Positions 48,036 to 61,010 of a stretch of 64,000 nucleotides of DNA are shown here, piece by piece. Source of the stretch: Raja brachyura (lineage: Eukaryota); the NCBI GenBank assembly GCA_963514005.1, contig OY740797.1, forward strand, positions 18,786,001-18,850,000. Reading direction: 5' to 3'. Positions within the stretch are counted from its first letter, which is position 1; each line of letters opens with the position of its first letter. Under the pieces are notes generated by a model, which did no database searches, had not been told where the DNA came from, and worked only from the letters and a program-made list of their open reading frames with translations. A program made the position numbers and the translations under genes.

Positions 48036-49247
48036 AAACCACTGGAAAGTTCCTGGCTCACACCACCCTTTCATAGAATTCCTGCCAACTTTTCTCAATA
48101 AATTTGACTTTTTAACTCCACTCCTGGCTGACCTCCTCCATTCCTCTCACTCCATAAACGTGAGATTATCCAAATCTCTGCTGTTTGTTCACTAACTTGT
48201 ACTGTGCCGCTCACTACTACCCCTGTAAGTACTGACCTCTATAAGCTGCACACTAATGCCTCATCTTTTAAAAAATGATTGTAGAAATATTTTCATCACT
48301 GTTTCTCACCATTGCCTGCCTCTCATCTCAATCTCTTTGCCCCTTTGTATTTTCTGCACTTCTACATTTCTGGCACATTGATCATTCCAAATGTCCACCT
48401 GTCGGTGTATCAGAACTCTCATTTTTGGGACCACCTCTATCGTTTCTATCACTTTCAATAGAGGGACCGACCTCTATCCCTTTCATTTCTCAGGAACCGT
48501 CTTAAAAGCATCCACCTTTGACCAAGCTTTAGTTACCTCCCATAATCCCTTTGATGGCTTGTTGCCAACCTTTTGTTGAAAAACACTCCTCTGAACTGGC
48601 TGGGACATTGCAGTATTAAAAACACTCTCCAAATACAATACAATTTATTTGTTGTCATTTGAAGGTTCAAACTGAATTTGGTTTCTGCAAAGTCATACAA
48701 ACAAGAAAAAGAACCAGGATGCAACACAATTTACCCAAACATCTATCACAGCGAATCTCCTCCTCACTGTGATGGAAGGCAAAGTCTTATCTCTCCTGCT
48801 ATTGTTAGACTTCCAGGTATTGCGTGTGCACTATACCAAAGTAATGCAATTAGACAAGCTTATTTTTAAAATATATACATTCTGCTGTTTTATTTTGTTT
48901 TAGGCTTTCCTGGGTTGTCCTCCTTCATCTGATTCATCCTTAATCTGTGGTTCCTTGAGTGTTCTTGTAGCTTTAAGGCAATGGCCACTGATTGCAACTG
49001 TAGGGTACAGGGAAGGGGCGATGCCTGTAATGGAGTTGGCACAAGATGGAAGGGAACCTTGCAGCAGTGTCTGGTCTGGGGGGGGGGGGGGGTGATGATT
49101 TGATGCAACTGCAGAGGAAAGAGGTGGCTCTGGGTGTTCCACCGGTTCAATGCTGTGACCTGTGTTGTGTGAATATAGTTGAGATCTGTTGGTGGTCAGT
49201 GGCTGCCTGAATTTGAAATGTTCTGTGTAGGAAGGGGCATCAGTATG

Positions 49248-49340
49248 GTCTGAAGAAGGGTCTTGACCCATAATGTCACCCATTCCTTCTCTCTAGAGAT
49301 GCTGCCTGTCCTGCTGAGTTACTCCAGCATTTGTGTCTAG
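49248..49340 (+). mobile_element. Penelope terminal-repeat copy (hammerhead GAAA mutated)
   Basis: ctgaagaagggtcttgaccc-ataa-tgtcacccattcc. Confidence 0.75.
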
Positions 49341-51634
49341 TTTTCAAATGTTCCCCTCCACGGTCCTGCTTTGTAAGTAGATACTTGTCCTTGACCCATA
49401 GACCACCCTAACCACCACCTCCAGCCTCTTGGAGTGACCAATAAATACAGCTGTGCCAACATCTGGTGTCTGATTATTAAAAAGTAAAGTGACTTGGGAA
49501 GATGGCAAATTACTGGCTTGGGGTGGGCTTGAATTTATTTGTGAATAACAGTAGGGGGAAATGATGTGCAATGGATGGTGAGACAAAGCTGTCTGTTGCA
49601 AATTACTGTATAGCTGGGAGCTGTAGGTGTGGGAGCAGTGAACTGCAATGAGGGTTTTATCCGAATGGTTCATCACTAACTCCATGTTCGCCAACATGCT
49701 TGGCTCCATCTCACCTGAGCTTTGTCAAACTAACGTCCTGTACAGGACGATGAAGAGTTTCCTTTATCTAAACATTGGGAAGACCAAACCTTTGTTGTCC
49801 TTATCACAAATTACATTCCCTCACTACCTACTCCATCCTTCTCCTGGACCATCGCCTTGACCTGAACCAGACCACTTGCAAGCCGGCTGCCCCCATTGAT
49901 CCTGTGCTGAGCCTCTTGCCCTCAAAACCGCCACCTGTGAGCTATGATCTGCCACCTCCTGTCCTGACTTGATCTGCTGTTGAATCCCTCATCCCTTTGT
50001 TTGTTACTTACCATTAGTCTTGACTGTTCCAATGGTGTCCTGGCTGAGATTCCAGCCAGCCCTTCTCCCAAAATTCTCATTCACTTCTAATGTATAATGT
50101 GGGTCCAGGTGAATGTGAAGTCATGGGTAGTTTGTGAATTGGCACAGGAGATGTGGTGACTGACCAATAACTACTGAACCTCGTCTTTCCTTTCAATTTC
50201 AGAAGCTCTGGCTGGTGATCATTTCTTGCCAAAGCAGGAATCAAAGCTCCACGTCATCCCTTTAGGCATTGGGAAAGCAAGGGCACTCATTGGAAAACGA
50301 GCATCCAGATAAGTGGAAGAAACTGGTGGAGCTGCATTTTTGAGATGGTTTACACTATCGGGCGTGTCGAGGAGACTTTATTTTGAGTGAGGGAGAGCTA
50401 TTGTTTCGTCAGTTGATCAGAGCGTGGTGTGGAAGTGCTGCATTTGAAGATGCTGGCCGATACATTTGGATTTATCAATGCTTAAAAAGGAACGGAGATA
50501 TTGAGAGGTAACATTCTTGAGGTCTGACCTTATTGGAGGGTACAGTATGTTTATTTTACGCTCCTTCCTATTTTGTAATCTCCCTCCACCTCTCGTGGGA
50601 TCAGGGATTTTGTGTTAAATTGAGCCATGGGTTAGAGCGTGCATGAAAAATACTTCGGGATAGAAATTATGCTCGGCGGTTAAACGTTCCCGGGGCAGTT
50701 ATTTACTTACATTATCAACTTGTGGCTTGCTATCTCCTGATATGTGACAAAGGCCATTGTGAATTTACCACAAATTTTTGATTTGTTTTTAATCCCTCTC
50801 AGAACCCATGTTTGCACTCGGCAAGGAGATTTAAATGGATGGCAGAATTCACAACTCTGCTTGGGTCCGATCCTAGTTTTGCAGAATGTGTATTTTTCTC
50901 ACGATAGACAGAACGAGGTGTGGGAAAGGCGAGTCTCTACACTAGTTAAACAATAACTCTTTTTGATACGAGTTGTACCAGTCCGTGAGAGATCTGAGTA
51001 TTTTGGATCACTAGTCCCTGTAGGAAGATTAGAAGCATAAGGCAAGATTGTACTTAAATGTCAAATTATACAATTACAAGCCCTTAATTTTTAAGCTGGT
51101 GCAACGCTTTGAAGGAACAGTCCTGACTGCAAGTCAGTGCTCGGAATAAGGTTCTTGTCCAGGATAAGTGTTGGACTGTGGTATGACCTGGCCTCACCTT
51201 TTATCCATCATCAGACTCTCACCACAGTTTAGTTTATTGTCACCAGTACTGAGGTACAATGAAAAGTGTGGTAAGCGGGACCTTTAGATCATTTGGAGAG
51301 GCTGTCAGATTACTAGGAAATGGTAGCTGGCTTAGACTGGCCAATGGCAAGTCGATCTACAGTTATTGCATTGAATTCTTTAACATTATAAATTCGAACT
51401 TTCAAAAGATGTTAGAGGAAGTAACATAACAGATTGTTAACAAAATTAAAGCCATGAGATAAAATGGAGCTTGAAATAAAAATGCTCAAGTGAGGAATGC
51501 AGGTAACAATTAATCGTTTTTTTTTAATGTAGGGGGAAAAACTGGTGTTTTAAATGCGTATTAATGACCTGTACTGATTGCTCTATCAAAGTTTACTATT
51601 GATGCAAAACTTGAATGGGGTAAAGGTTGAGGAG

Positions 51635-51730
51635 ATGATACACAAAATGCTGCAGTAACTCAGCGGGTCAGGCAGCATCTCTGAAGAAAAGGAATGGGTG
51701 ATGTTTTGGGTTGAAACCCATCTTCTGAGG
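51635..51730 (-). mobile_element. Penelope terminal-repeat copy inside an old CR1 fragment (~51.4-52.25 kb)
   Basis: acacaaaatgctg..gtaactcagcgggtcaggcagcatct..gggtgatgtttt. Confidence 0.7.
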
Positions 51731-52773
51731 TTGAGGAGGACAGTTGCAGGAGGAGGATGTGCGGTGGGGTGGGGTGGTGCATGGGTGCTGAAATTCAATG
51801 CAGAAGAACTCTAAAGTACTGACAGGAAGAAAAGGGAAATGTTACAATTTTAGAGATTGAAGGGCGGGAACCTGTGGGTATATGTTGACAAATTTTAGAC
51901 GTTGGTGGGACAGGTTTAGAAGTATGTTTTGGGGTTGAATGGGCCACAACGTCCTTGTTTTTTTTTAACAGAAGAATATAAACAAAAGTTAGGAAATTAT
52001 GCCAAATATTTATATCACTTGTTAACGCACAGCTAAAGTGTTAAATCATTCTGGACACCTCTTGAAAGCAGAATATCGAGGTTTTGGAAAGGGTTCAGCA
52101 GTATTTGACAGGGGAGCGATTTCAGCTGCCTGAATAAACTGGGCTTTCTCTTTTGGAGCAGATTTAATATTTGATTTATCATTTGATAGAAGTGTTCAAA
52201 ATCATGTATGATTTTGGTAGGGAGAAATTATAAGGCAGAAAGGTCAGGGGCATGGGCTTAGAAAACAAGAAGTAGTGCTGTGATTTTTATTATGCGGCAG
52301 GTTATGTGACGTAAAGAAAAATAACGAGAAAGAGTAGAGGAATGCAGCTGATCACATCGTTCTTTCAGAGTGCCACAGGTGATCGTTGACAGCCCTCCTC
52401 TTGTTCCTCTCGATTGGAATATTTGGAAACGGCATAAAGATCGATCGTTACTGGCCTGACTCCAGTTGCAGGGAGAGGCAGTTCATTATGCTACTAGCAT
52501 GAATCTGAGGGAACTAGTTGCCTTGTTAGTGATCTGGTAATGGTCCCAGTGTGTGACGTATGCGTTGAGTGCAACTGGCCATGGCTTTAAGCCTAATGCC
52601 TATTCTATTTCTGGTGAAAGTTCTTGCCACAACTCGCTGTTTACAAGAGGTTAACATCCAGCAGCAGGTGACCAGGGCACGGATGGCATAAGCTAAAGCA
52701 CTGCCAGGTTGAGAGCTGTCTGGTTTCAGTTTGGAGACTTTGGGTGAGTCAGAGGGATGGGTGTGAAGCTTAA

Positions 52774-52952
52774 TGGGCCTGTCCCACTTAGGCAATTTTT
52801 TGGGCGACTGTAGGTGACTGCCGCAAAATGTTCAACATGTTGAAACATTTACAGTGACAGCGACAATTTTTGCTGTCATAGGTTTTGTCGTAGGTGAGTT
52901 AAAACTAGTCCCTGGCAGTCGCCTAAAGAGTCGCCTAAGTGGGACAGGCATT
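52774..52952. mobile_element. PIF/Harbinger-type MITE
   Basis: TIR gcctgtcccacttaggc / gcctaagtgggacaggc, TAA on both flanks, central palindrome ttcaacatgttgaa. Confidence 0.8.
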
Positions 52953-53196
52953 TAAGAAATGAGTTATCTTCAGTGACTTTGGGGATTGTAATTCCTGTTG
53001 CTACATGGGTGAGAAACAATGTTACTTCAACTGGCAACACATCCATCCAATGTGGCTTGAGAAGTGGGTCTGACACAGATGTCAAATAGTGTCACCAGGT
53101 GTTTAAAACAGCCTGTAGCACAGTAATAACTGAACAATAAAGGTCAGGTTGCACTGACAGTTTATGTTTGTCAATTGAGAGCTCTGTGAACGATAC

Positions 53197-53330
53197 GTGT
53201 AAGAAAGAACTGCAGATGCTGGTTTAGATCGAAGGTAGACACAAAATGCTGGATTAACTCAATGGGTGAGGCAGCATCTCTGGAGACAAGGAATGGACGC
53301 TGAGTAACTCCAGCATTTTGTGTCTACTTC
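53197..53330. mobile_element. Fold-back Penelope derivative
   Basis: gtagacacaaaatgctgga..aactca / tgagt..tccagcattttgtgtctac inverted arms. Confidence 0.75.
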
Positions 53331-53629
53331 CATGGATGATATAATGTCCAAGACCCCCCCCATGAACCTTTGACTGTAGGTGTATATCTATTGACGTAGT
53401 GCACAGGTTCTGTGTGACGTCATTGCTCCTTCCTGCATCACTGATTGCTCCTGACCAGGTCAGACCTGACTGCAGGAATGAATTTACAATCAGTTTAGTA
53501 TTGGCAATTGATATCCAATGGTTGTCATTGCTTTACAGAGAGTAGATCTACATGGTACAAAATCCGGATGCTCGTGTGACTTATGGTGGCCAGAAGGTGG
53601 CACCACAGGCCGAGCTCCAACCATTTTAT

Positions 53630-54488
53630 CAGTGGCGGAAATCCTGGGGGGACCAGGGGGGATGTGTTCCACCCTGCTTTGAGAGGTGGGGGGGACAGTC
53701 CCCCCCCAATTTATTGTAATCCGGATTTTAAAACCCAGTGAAATCTTCGCTTTCTACGAGACTGGGGGTGGGACTGATGATCGAGGGCGCCGTTTGGACG
53801 ACATTAGAGACGTCGGTCAGAGGCGGAAGTAGGGGGGGTGGGACGGAGGATAGAGCTGGGCGATTGGAGGAGGGAGATGTGCCCAGGTCATAGGGTCACA
53901 ACGGCAGTCCTAAAATCTTTGGTCCTGGACACCAAAGCTAGGATCTCCGCTATGGGATCTTTGTTGGCACAGACCTGCGCCTCATCGGTAGCAGGATCGA
54001 TCCCAGGTCTCCAGCGCTGCAATCGCTGCCGAACCTCCACTGGACCATCCCTGTCTCCATCCGAGTGCCCCCCCCCCCCCATCCCACGCCCGGGGGTGGC
54101 CAGAGACGTCGGGAGTCAGACGGGCGCGGTGACCGCAGGCAGCGCAGAGAAGCATCGCTAAACTCAGCTCAACTCTGCCTCTCCTTGCCTGGACTTGCGG
54201 GAAATATGGCCCAGGCTTACAGCCAGCACGGAGAAGCAGCGCTAGCTCCATGGCTCCGGATTCGTATTCCGTCAATCCAGGCAGGGCTGTAGGTTAACCC
54301 CGTGAGACAGGCAGAGTTGAGCTGCATTTAGTGTTGGTTGAGCTGAAATTACCATTCACAGGGACCATGGCAGAAGCCTCCGAAGCCTCGCGTGTGTGAG
54401 TGTGCGCATGCACGCGCGGCCACCAAGAAACTGCGTCCCCTCCTGTCCCCCGGTCCCCTCCATATTTTGATAGCGATTTTCGTCACTG
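53630..54488. mobile_element. Non-autonomous hAT-type DNA transposon (859 bp)
   Basis: TIR cagtggcggaaatc / gattttcgtcactg. Perfect 8-bp TSD cattttat (53622 and 54489). Subterminal gggggac/gtccccc repeats. Confidence 0.9.
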
Positions 54489-55684
54489 CATTTTATCGTG
54501 CATTCAAAGCCACATTATGGGGTAGTTGTGTTCCTAGAAATCGACCTGTATCACAGTTTTCCATAACACAAAGCATGCATAGAGAAGCACAAGTTTGAAA
54601 AAGTACATATTATTGATTTACTTTTTTCACGCATATTCCATGACAGAGAATTTATTCTGACGGTCAAGTTTTGGTTAGTGTTTTGTGAATGCGTTGAAGG
54701 CGAATTTCCATTATGTCGATGACTGTAATGGAAGGATCACCAGTAAATCACATGTGTGACCCAGTATTTAATATAATTTGGTTTGTTGTGGGATCCTGTT
54801 GGAAAGAATGGTTGTTGCTAAAATAAAATTAACTTTCCTCGTGCATGCCTGCTAAAATAGAATCCTGCCCCCACCTTCCAGGCACCAGTCTCATTCTATG
54901 TTGTTAAGATGCCTTCACCTCACAGAATGTCAGTGGCAGAGGATAATTCCGTTATTTGGTTTGTGGAGCAGACCTCCAGTGCAATGTAGTGATTGCATGG
55001 GATACTTGTAACCAGTTGTATTCTGTGAAAGGAAAGCTTATCAGTGATGTGTTTTCATTGAAACGTGGCCATGGAAGCAATGCACTTGGTCTCTATTGAA
55101 CCAGCATTGGTATCAGAAGCAGCGGGATTGGTTGTTACATGTTTATACCCGGATTTGTTGCATTATCAGCGCCAGGAAGAGGTGGGGAAATGGAGTAGAG
55201 GGAGAGAGGGTTCAAAATTGATCAGGGCAACGGTAAAGAAGAGCAAAAATGAGCAGGCAAAATGAGCAATGATGAAATAATGATAGGAATGGATGAGTGA
55301 AATAAAACGGAGGGTAGTGCATTAAAAGAATTGGAGTACGCAAAGGAGACCAAAGTCAAATCCAATTGTTAAGATGAAATCTTCTTATCTTTGTGCTTAA
55401 AATATAATAAGACGCAGCTGAAAATTGGCAGAAACTCTTCAAGCATTTTGCTGTTCTGCTGAATTACTACTTTGTTGCATAGGATCTTCCAAATACATCC
55501 TTTTTACCAAATGAAGATTTGGTAAGGTGCTTTACGATTTTTAACCTTCTCTATTCGTCCTCCTCTCAGCAACTCTATTGATCAGTACGCTGCTAATTTA
55601 ACAGGGTGCTGATGGTTCCAGGCTTTTGTGTTCTGCTAACTACGGTTGCACCTATCCATTCCCAAAAAGTGGAAGAGTGGTGAA

Positions 55685-56230
55685 TGTAGAACAGTACAGC
55701 ACAGCACCAGGCCCTTTGACTCACAATGTCTGTGCCAAGTTAAACTAATCTCATTTACCTCCATGTAATCCATATCTCTACATTCACTGCATATCCATGT
55801 ACCTATCTAAAAGCCACTTAAATGCCCCAGTTGTATCTACGTCCACCACCCTCCCTGGTGTTCCAAGCACCCACCACTGTCTGTGTAAACAAAGTTGCCC
55901 CGCACATCATCTTTACATTTTCCCCTCTCACTTTAAAGCTATGCCCTCATGATATTTCCACCCTGGGGAAAAGGTTCTGACTATCTACCTTATCTATGTC
56001 TCTCATAATTTTCTATACTACTTTCAGGTCTCCCTCAACCACTGACAGTCCAGGGAAGACAATCCAGGTTTGTCCAACCTTTCCTTATAGCTACATCTCT
56101 CTAATCCAGGCAGTGTTCTTTTGAGCCTCGCCTTCACCCTCTCCAAAACCTCCTTGTAATCGTGCAATGAGAACTGCACATAACACTCCAACTGTGATCT
56201 AACCAAATCCTATAAAGCTGCAACATGACT
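55685..56230 (-). mobile_element. CR1 3' fragment
   Basis: VRSQLECYVQFS..VLERVKARLKRTLPGLE..YKERLDK. Confidence 0.85.
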
Positions 56231-57114
56231 CGGTGGGCCATATCTGTATCTCTAAAGTCTAAAGTTTATTGAATTTCGAAGCAGGCACAAGGAAGTGCTT
56301 CTGTTTCCTTTGATTGCAAATCATTGAACTGACAGCCCAAAGGGGGTTTTGTTTTTGTCCTTGTCAAATCCTATTTACATAAATTACATGTACTTTTGCT
56401 TTTCATGGGAATGTTATGTCAGATTTGGAACCCAGCCGCATTCAGACAGAAGACGAAGTACATGGTCAATTCTAGCAATTTTAAAGCAGCATTAGTAGGA
56501 TTAGATGGAAGTAGATTTAGAGAACCTCTGCCTGTGGTGTAGACAACTTGACATGCAGCACGGTGCGTGTGAAGTGAAAATTGGAAGGCTGGAGAGTTCT
56601 TGAACTCTGTAGGGTTGGAAGAGAATGCAGGTATGGGGAAGGATGAGACCATGCAAGTGTTTGGATGCAAGGATGAGAATTATAACATGGAGGTAATTGC
56701 AGAGTGTGGCTGGTGCACCGTAAGCATACAGATGAACAAATTAATTGGGAGGCCTGAAGTACCCAGATGTTGTGCTCATTACTGCACAGTATTTATAATG
56801 GATCAGGAGCAAGTTTCATATATCTGCTTTGTTCATACTACATGCTTTGAACCTACTAAGAGTTTGAATTTGTTGCTGCACCCGCCGAAGATGCTTCAGG
56901 CGAAGATTTGTGAAAGGTGCAAAGGGCGGCACTGGGAACTCCTGCAAGGAGTGATAATATAGGTAGGCCAGTTCCCACCAATGTATCACTGACAGCATCA
57001 CTGCACCATCCCGATCTTTGCCTATGGGGTACATTTGGCAAGTGGATTGCTAATAATTAGGAAAAAAGTGTTGCAATTCTCAGTTGCATTACAGCCAATG
57101 ACACTGGTGAGGTG

Positions 57115-57270
57115 AGGTTTTAGTTTAGATACAGCATGGAAAATGGTCCTTTGGCCCACTGAGTCCATGTCATCTGTCGATTACCTGTTTATACTAGTTC
57201 CTTGTTATCCCACTTTCTCATCCACTTCCTACGCATTGGGGGCATTTTACAGAGGCTAATTAAATGTGGG
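57115..57270 (-). mobile_element. V-SINE 3' fragment
   Basis: Same tail as the 47718-47860 copy. Confidence 0.6.
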
Positions 57271-58582
57271 AGAGGAAAAAAGAGTTGGGGGTTGTGGAAG
57301 CATTTTGTGTGTCAGAAATAATATTGGGTGATTTTTGCTATAGATAGGAAAGAAGTTTGTACATTTGTTTGAAGTAGAACACCTTTTTCTAAAATGCACC
57401 CTTAACTGCCCAGATCACTCTTTCTTGACCCTTGAAGAAACTTTGCATGGTTTACTTCTGGGAAATGTAGCGGAGCAACTAACTGTGAGAATGGTTGGGA
57501 GATGGTGATTGTAATTTAACTTCAGGTTACACTAGAAAACCATAATGTTGCAAGTGGGAATGGCGGGATGAGCCACGATTGACAAAGTGAGTAGGGCTCT
57601 GACACCATTAAACATTCAACAAGCAGATCAAGAGGCTAGCAATTGGCACGATGGTATGAAGGATGGTATGTTAGATGATCATTTTCAGATGAGGCAAAAT
57701 ATCAAAGGATAAAATTAATTATTAAATTAATTAAATAAAGATTAAAATGCAAATTGATATTTCAAAGGGACTTGTATCATATAAAATTAGGCCAGATGTA
57801 AATGTGGTTAAGAGGCATGTGCAAAACAAAAATTAACGAAGTAACATTTAAAATCGGGTTTTCTTTTTTTTTAAGATGTAAAATAATTTTGTGGACTTAA
57901 TTGTGGATTGACAATTGAAACTGAGTATTTGTTTTGAAGAAACAAATGGTTTAGTAGGTGAGATGGATAGTTCGGAGTTGGGTTTGCCGGTTGTTGATTA
58001 TGAAGAGATGTTCACTAAGATGTTTTGATCACATTTGTTCAAACTTGTTCAGAAGAAATTCATGCAGTGCATGCTGTTGAGAGACATGGAGGAAAAACTG
58101 GTAAATGGGTATCATTTTTGGCTAAGAATGAAATTGATGAGCTTTCAGTATTAGTTTTTCCCCACCCAACCTCTTCCCATGATGTGCAAGTAGAAAACAC
58201 CCGAGTTTGCTGACAGCACAAAATAGATGATTCAGCACAGCGTGAGAAGTTCTGCAGAAGATGTTAACAAAATAATACAACATGATTTAATGTGGATTAC
58301 GTTTGAGGTAATAGCATGCAAAAAGGGTGTGGATACTCCGTGAGCCCAAGGGCTTTGGATGCACAAATTTTGACAAGTGCAATGCTGACAGAATTTCTGA
58401 TTGCTGCCTCACCAGTTTTGATTTACTCTTTTGTGTGTGTGATGGCTGTATGTACTCTCAATTTATTCATTATTGCTTTGATGTCACTGTCTGCAGGATT
58501 CTCTAACTTAAGGGGGTTCTTGGAAATCCAAGGCCATATTTAGTCTCAACATTTGGACTTGACCACCTCACTCCAAACAAAC

Positions 58583-60114
58583 CAGGCACGTGCCGTCAGG
58601 GTAGGAAAGGTAGGCACTGCCTACCCTGACTAAAATTATGAAATGGCAATTATTAAATATAAATAGTAAAGGCATGGGAGAATTATGCCTGTCTAAGAGA
58701 TCGATCTCTTAGGTAGGCATAATTTTCCGTGCCTTTCATCCGCAGCGCTTGTAACACGCGAAGGTCTGTGCAGCCCACGTGCCGTCAGCGCTGCCTGAAG
58801 CAGTCAGTTTCAAGGGGAGCTGAAGGCAGCTGAAATTCTGCCTTTGCAGTACTGCGCATGCGCAGCAGCCTGCTGTGCACGCGCAGCAAGAGTTTCTTGG
58901 CGGGATTTTCAAATATGGATTGCCATTATTTTAATAGTATCTTAGGAAACAAAGTGTGAAGAATGGACTTAATGTACCAATAACGTGGTAAGTGCATTTC
59001 TTGGTGCTTTATGTTTTTAAATGCTGTATTTCCCAGGGTGGGGGGAGAGCTCCGTTCACAATGTTTGGGGAGTCTAGCTTTGTGAAGGAGCAGATTGGGG
59101 TCAGTAACCCACTTACCATGTTCCGGTCTGAGTGCAGGTAGATGGGACTAGGTGAGAGTAAGTGTTCGGCACGGACTAAAAGGGCCGAGATGGCTTGTTT
59201 CCGTGCTGTAATTGCTGTATGGTTTAATTGTGGCCGGGGAGTGCATTAGCTCGGGTGGCTGCCGCAGCACTCCTGGCACAGACAGCAGAACTGGCCGCCA
59301 CTTCCGAGGAAGGAAGCAGCTCGGGTGTCTGTGTGTTGCCGCCGGGGCCCAGCCACTTCAGCCCCTTCTTCTGGTCCCCACTCACCTCTGGCAATGCTCT
59401 CCGTCTGAACATCTCTCACCCGCCGCTTGCCAGCCGGCTTCCCGCAAATCTTTAAATTCCGACAGCGCACTCACGGGACCAGTTGAGGTTACTTGGCTGT
59501 GGGAATTTAAGGATTTGCGGGACGCGGTTGACATGAGCGAAGCCGGCGAACGGCAGGTGAGAGATGTTCAGATGAAGAGCACTGCCAGAGTTGATCAGAA
59601 GGCACTGAAGAGCAGCTGGTTCTGGTGTTGGGTCCCGGCGGCCACTCGCACCCGAGCTGCTTCTATCCCCGGAAGTGGCGGCCAGTTCTGCTGTCCGTGC
59701 CCGGAGCGCTGCGGCAGCGGTGAGTGAGTCTGATATGATCTCTGACCCCCTCCTTCTCAAAACTTCTGCCTTCTTGCATATTTTAACCCCTGCCGCAGGC
59801 TCCCCACACGCTGTGAAAGGAACTCCCCCTCCAATTGGACCCTTGAATTAGTATTGTCATTCAATAAGATGACAACTGATTCAACGTCCCGGTGTGCTCC
59901 CGTTTTTCCCACCATCTCTCCACCTGCCTTCGTCCTCCGTCCCCCACCCATTCAGTAATTAAAAAATGAAGGAGATTTAGAACCCTTGGGAAAATTGAAA
60001 TGTTACTTATTTTTTATTTTTTATGAAGAGAACAATCTGCGCACGCGCGGTTTAAGATTTTTTTTAAAGCCGGCTGACTGCCTACCCTGAGTAATTATTC
60101 ACGACACGTGCCTG
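58583..60114. mobile_element. Non-autonomous hAT-type DNA transposon (1532 bp)
   Basis: TIR caggcacgtgccgt / acgacacgtgcctg. Perfect 8-bp TSD aaacaaac (58575 and 60115). Subterminal actgcctaccctga at both ends. Nested CR1 tail at ~59130-59225. Confidence 0.9.
59258..59718. repeat. Long imperfect inverted repeat (arms 59258-59466 and 59496-59718)
   Basis: gctgccgcagcactcctggcacagacagcagaactggccgccacttccg pairs with cggaagtggcggccagttctgctgtccgtgcccggagcgctgcggcagc. Pairing continues inward to a 29-nt loop. Confidence 0.9.
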
Positions 60115-60143
60115 AAACAAACCTGCCATCTGTCTCTCACCAG

Positions 60144-60307
60144 GTTGGGGGCTCCCAGCTTTTCTAGTCTGTTGGAGGAATCCCATCAAGGCACTCAAAC
60201 TCATCAAGATGATCAGCTGTCTGCAGGAGGACAAAGTGAAGCTGCAGGAGGAACTGAACACGGCTGAGTCTATACAACAGTGCCTGGGCAGCACTCCACC
60301 ATCTCAG
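60144..60307 (+). CDS. KIFC3: KIFC3 5' exon (likely ATG at 60209: MISCLQEDKVKLQEELNTAESIQQCLGSTPPSQ)
   Basis: tgtctctcaccag|G acceptor, CAG|gtaatc donor in phase 0 with exon 61011. Open frame and heptad-like content. No clear match to the human N-terminus. Confidence 0.6.
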
Positions 60308-61010
60308 GTAATCTGGCACTGCATGTAAACATTGAAAGGACTTGAATTATTTTATGGATAAGAGCATCCATGGATGGAAACAAGTTTTTTGTACTCATCC
60401 TTAATTGCCTTTGAATGTTGTTGAGATGCCTCCCTGGATCTTTTAGGGGTTCTGGCGAATGTACCCCAATGATGCTCTTGGGTAAAGTCCCTGGAGATAA
60501 TGGTGGTAGATTTGCTAGTCTTGTCAGGCCTGGTCAAACCAGCATCATTAATCCACTATGCTGTTTTATTATCCCTTCTGTGGAGATAGTGGCACTTTCA
60601 CTTTGCACTTCGGACAGATCAGCTTTCAGCTTTGGACAGTGTTCCCGTTGCACTGCACTTGTCCCGGTGCCAGGTGATGATGCTGGGAGGTCCTGTGCCT
60701 CTGCTTGCTGCATTGTTGCTGCCTTGAATCTCAGCCACCAGTAGACTTTACTAATTTGCTTGTCTTGCCTCTTGTAAGTAAGAGACAATGGGTGAAAGGC
60801 TGAGATGGGGTACATGAATAATTCCTGGGCTCATCTCTGCAGCTCGGGGGAGCAGAATTGAAGCAGACTCACCACTTGCAGGAACGGAGGAAGTTGCTCA
60901 AAATTGAAAATAATTCCATCTGATTAACCATTTGGAGACCTGCTTGAATCTTGTGCTGTTTTGGTGCTCGTAGTAACTATCCCTACTCTGTTCCTGTCTC
61001 TGTTCGCCAG

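Noticed and set aside
60145-60185. LGAPSFSSL / WRN resemblance to human KIFC3 LGATPSLRGLWR via a 1-nt frameshift
   Set aside because: Short, needs a frameshift, lacks the upstream TWN/TWD and the expected exon structure. Probably chance.
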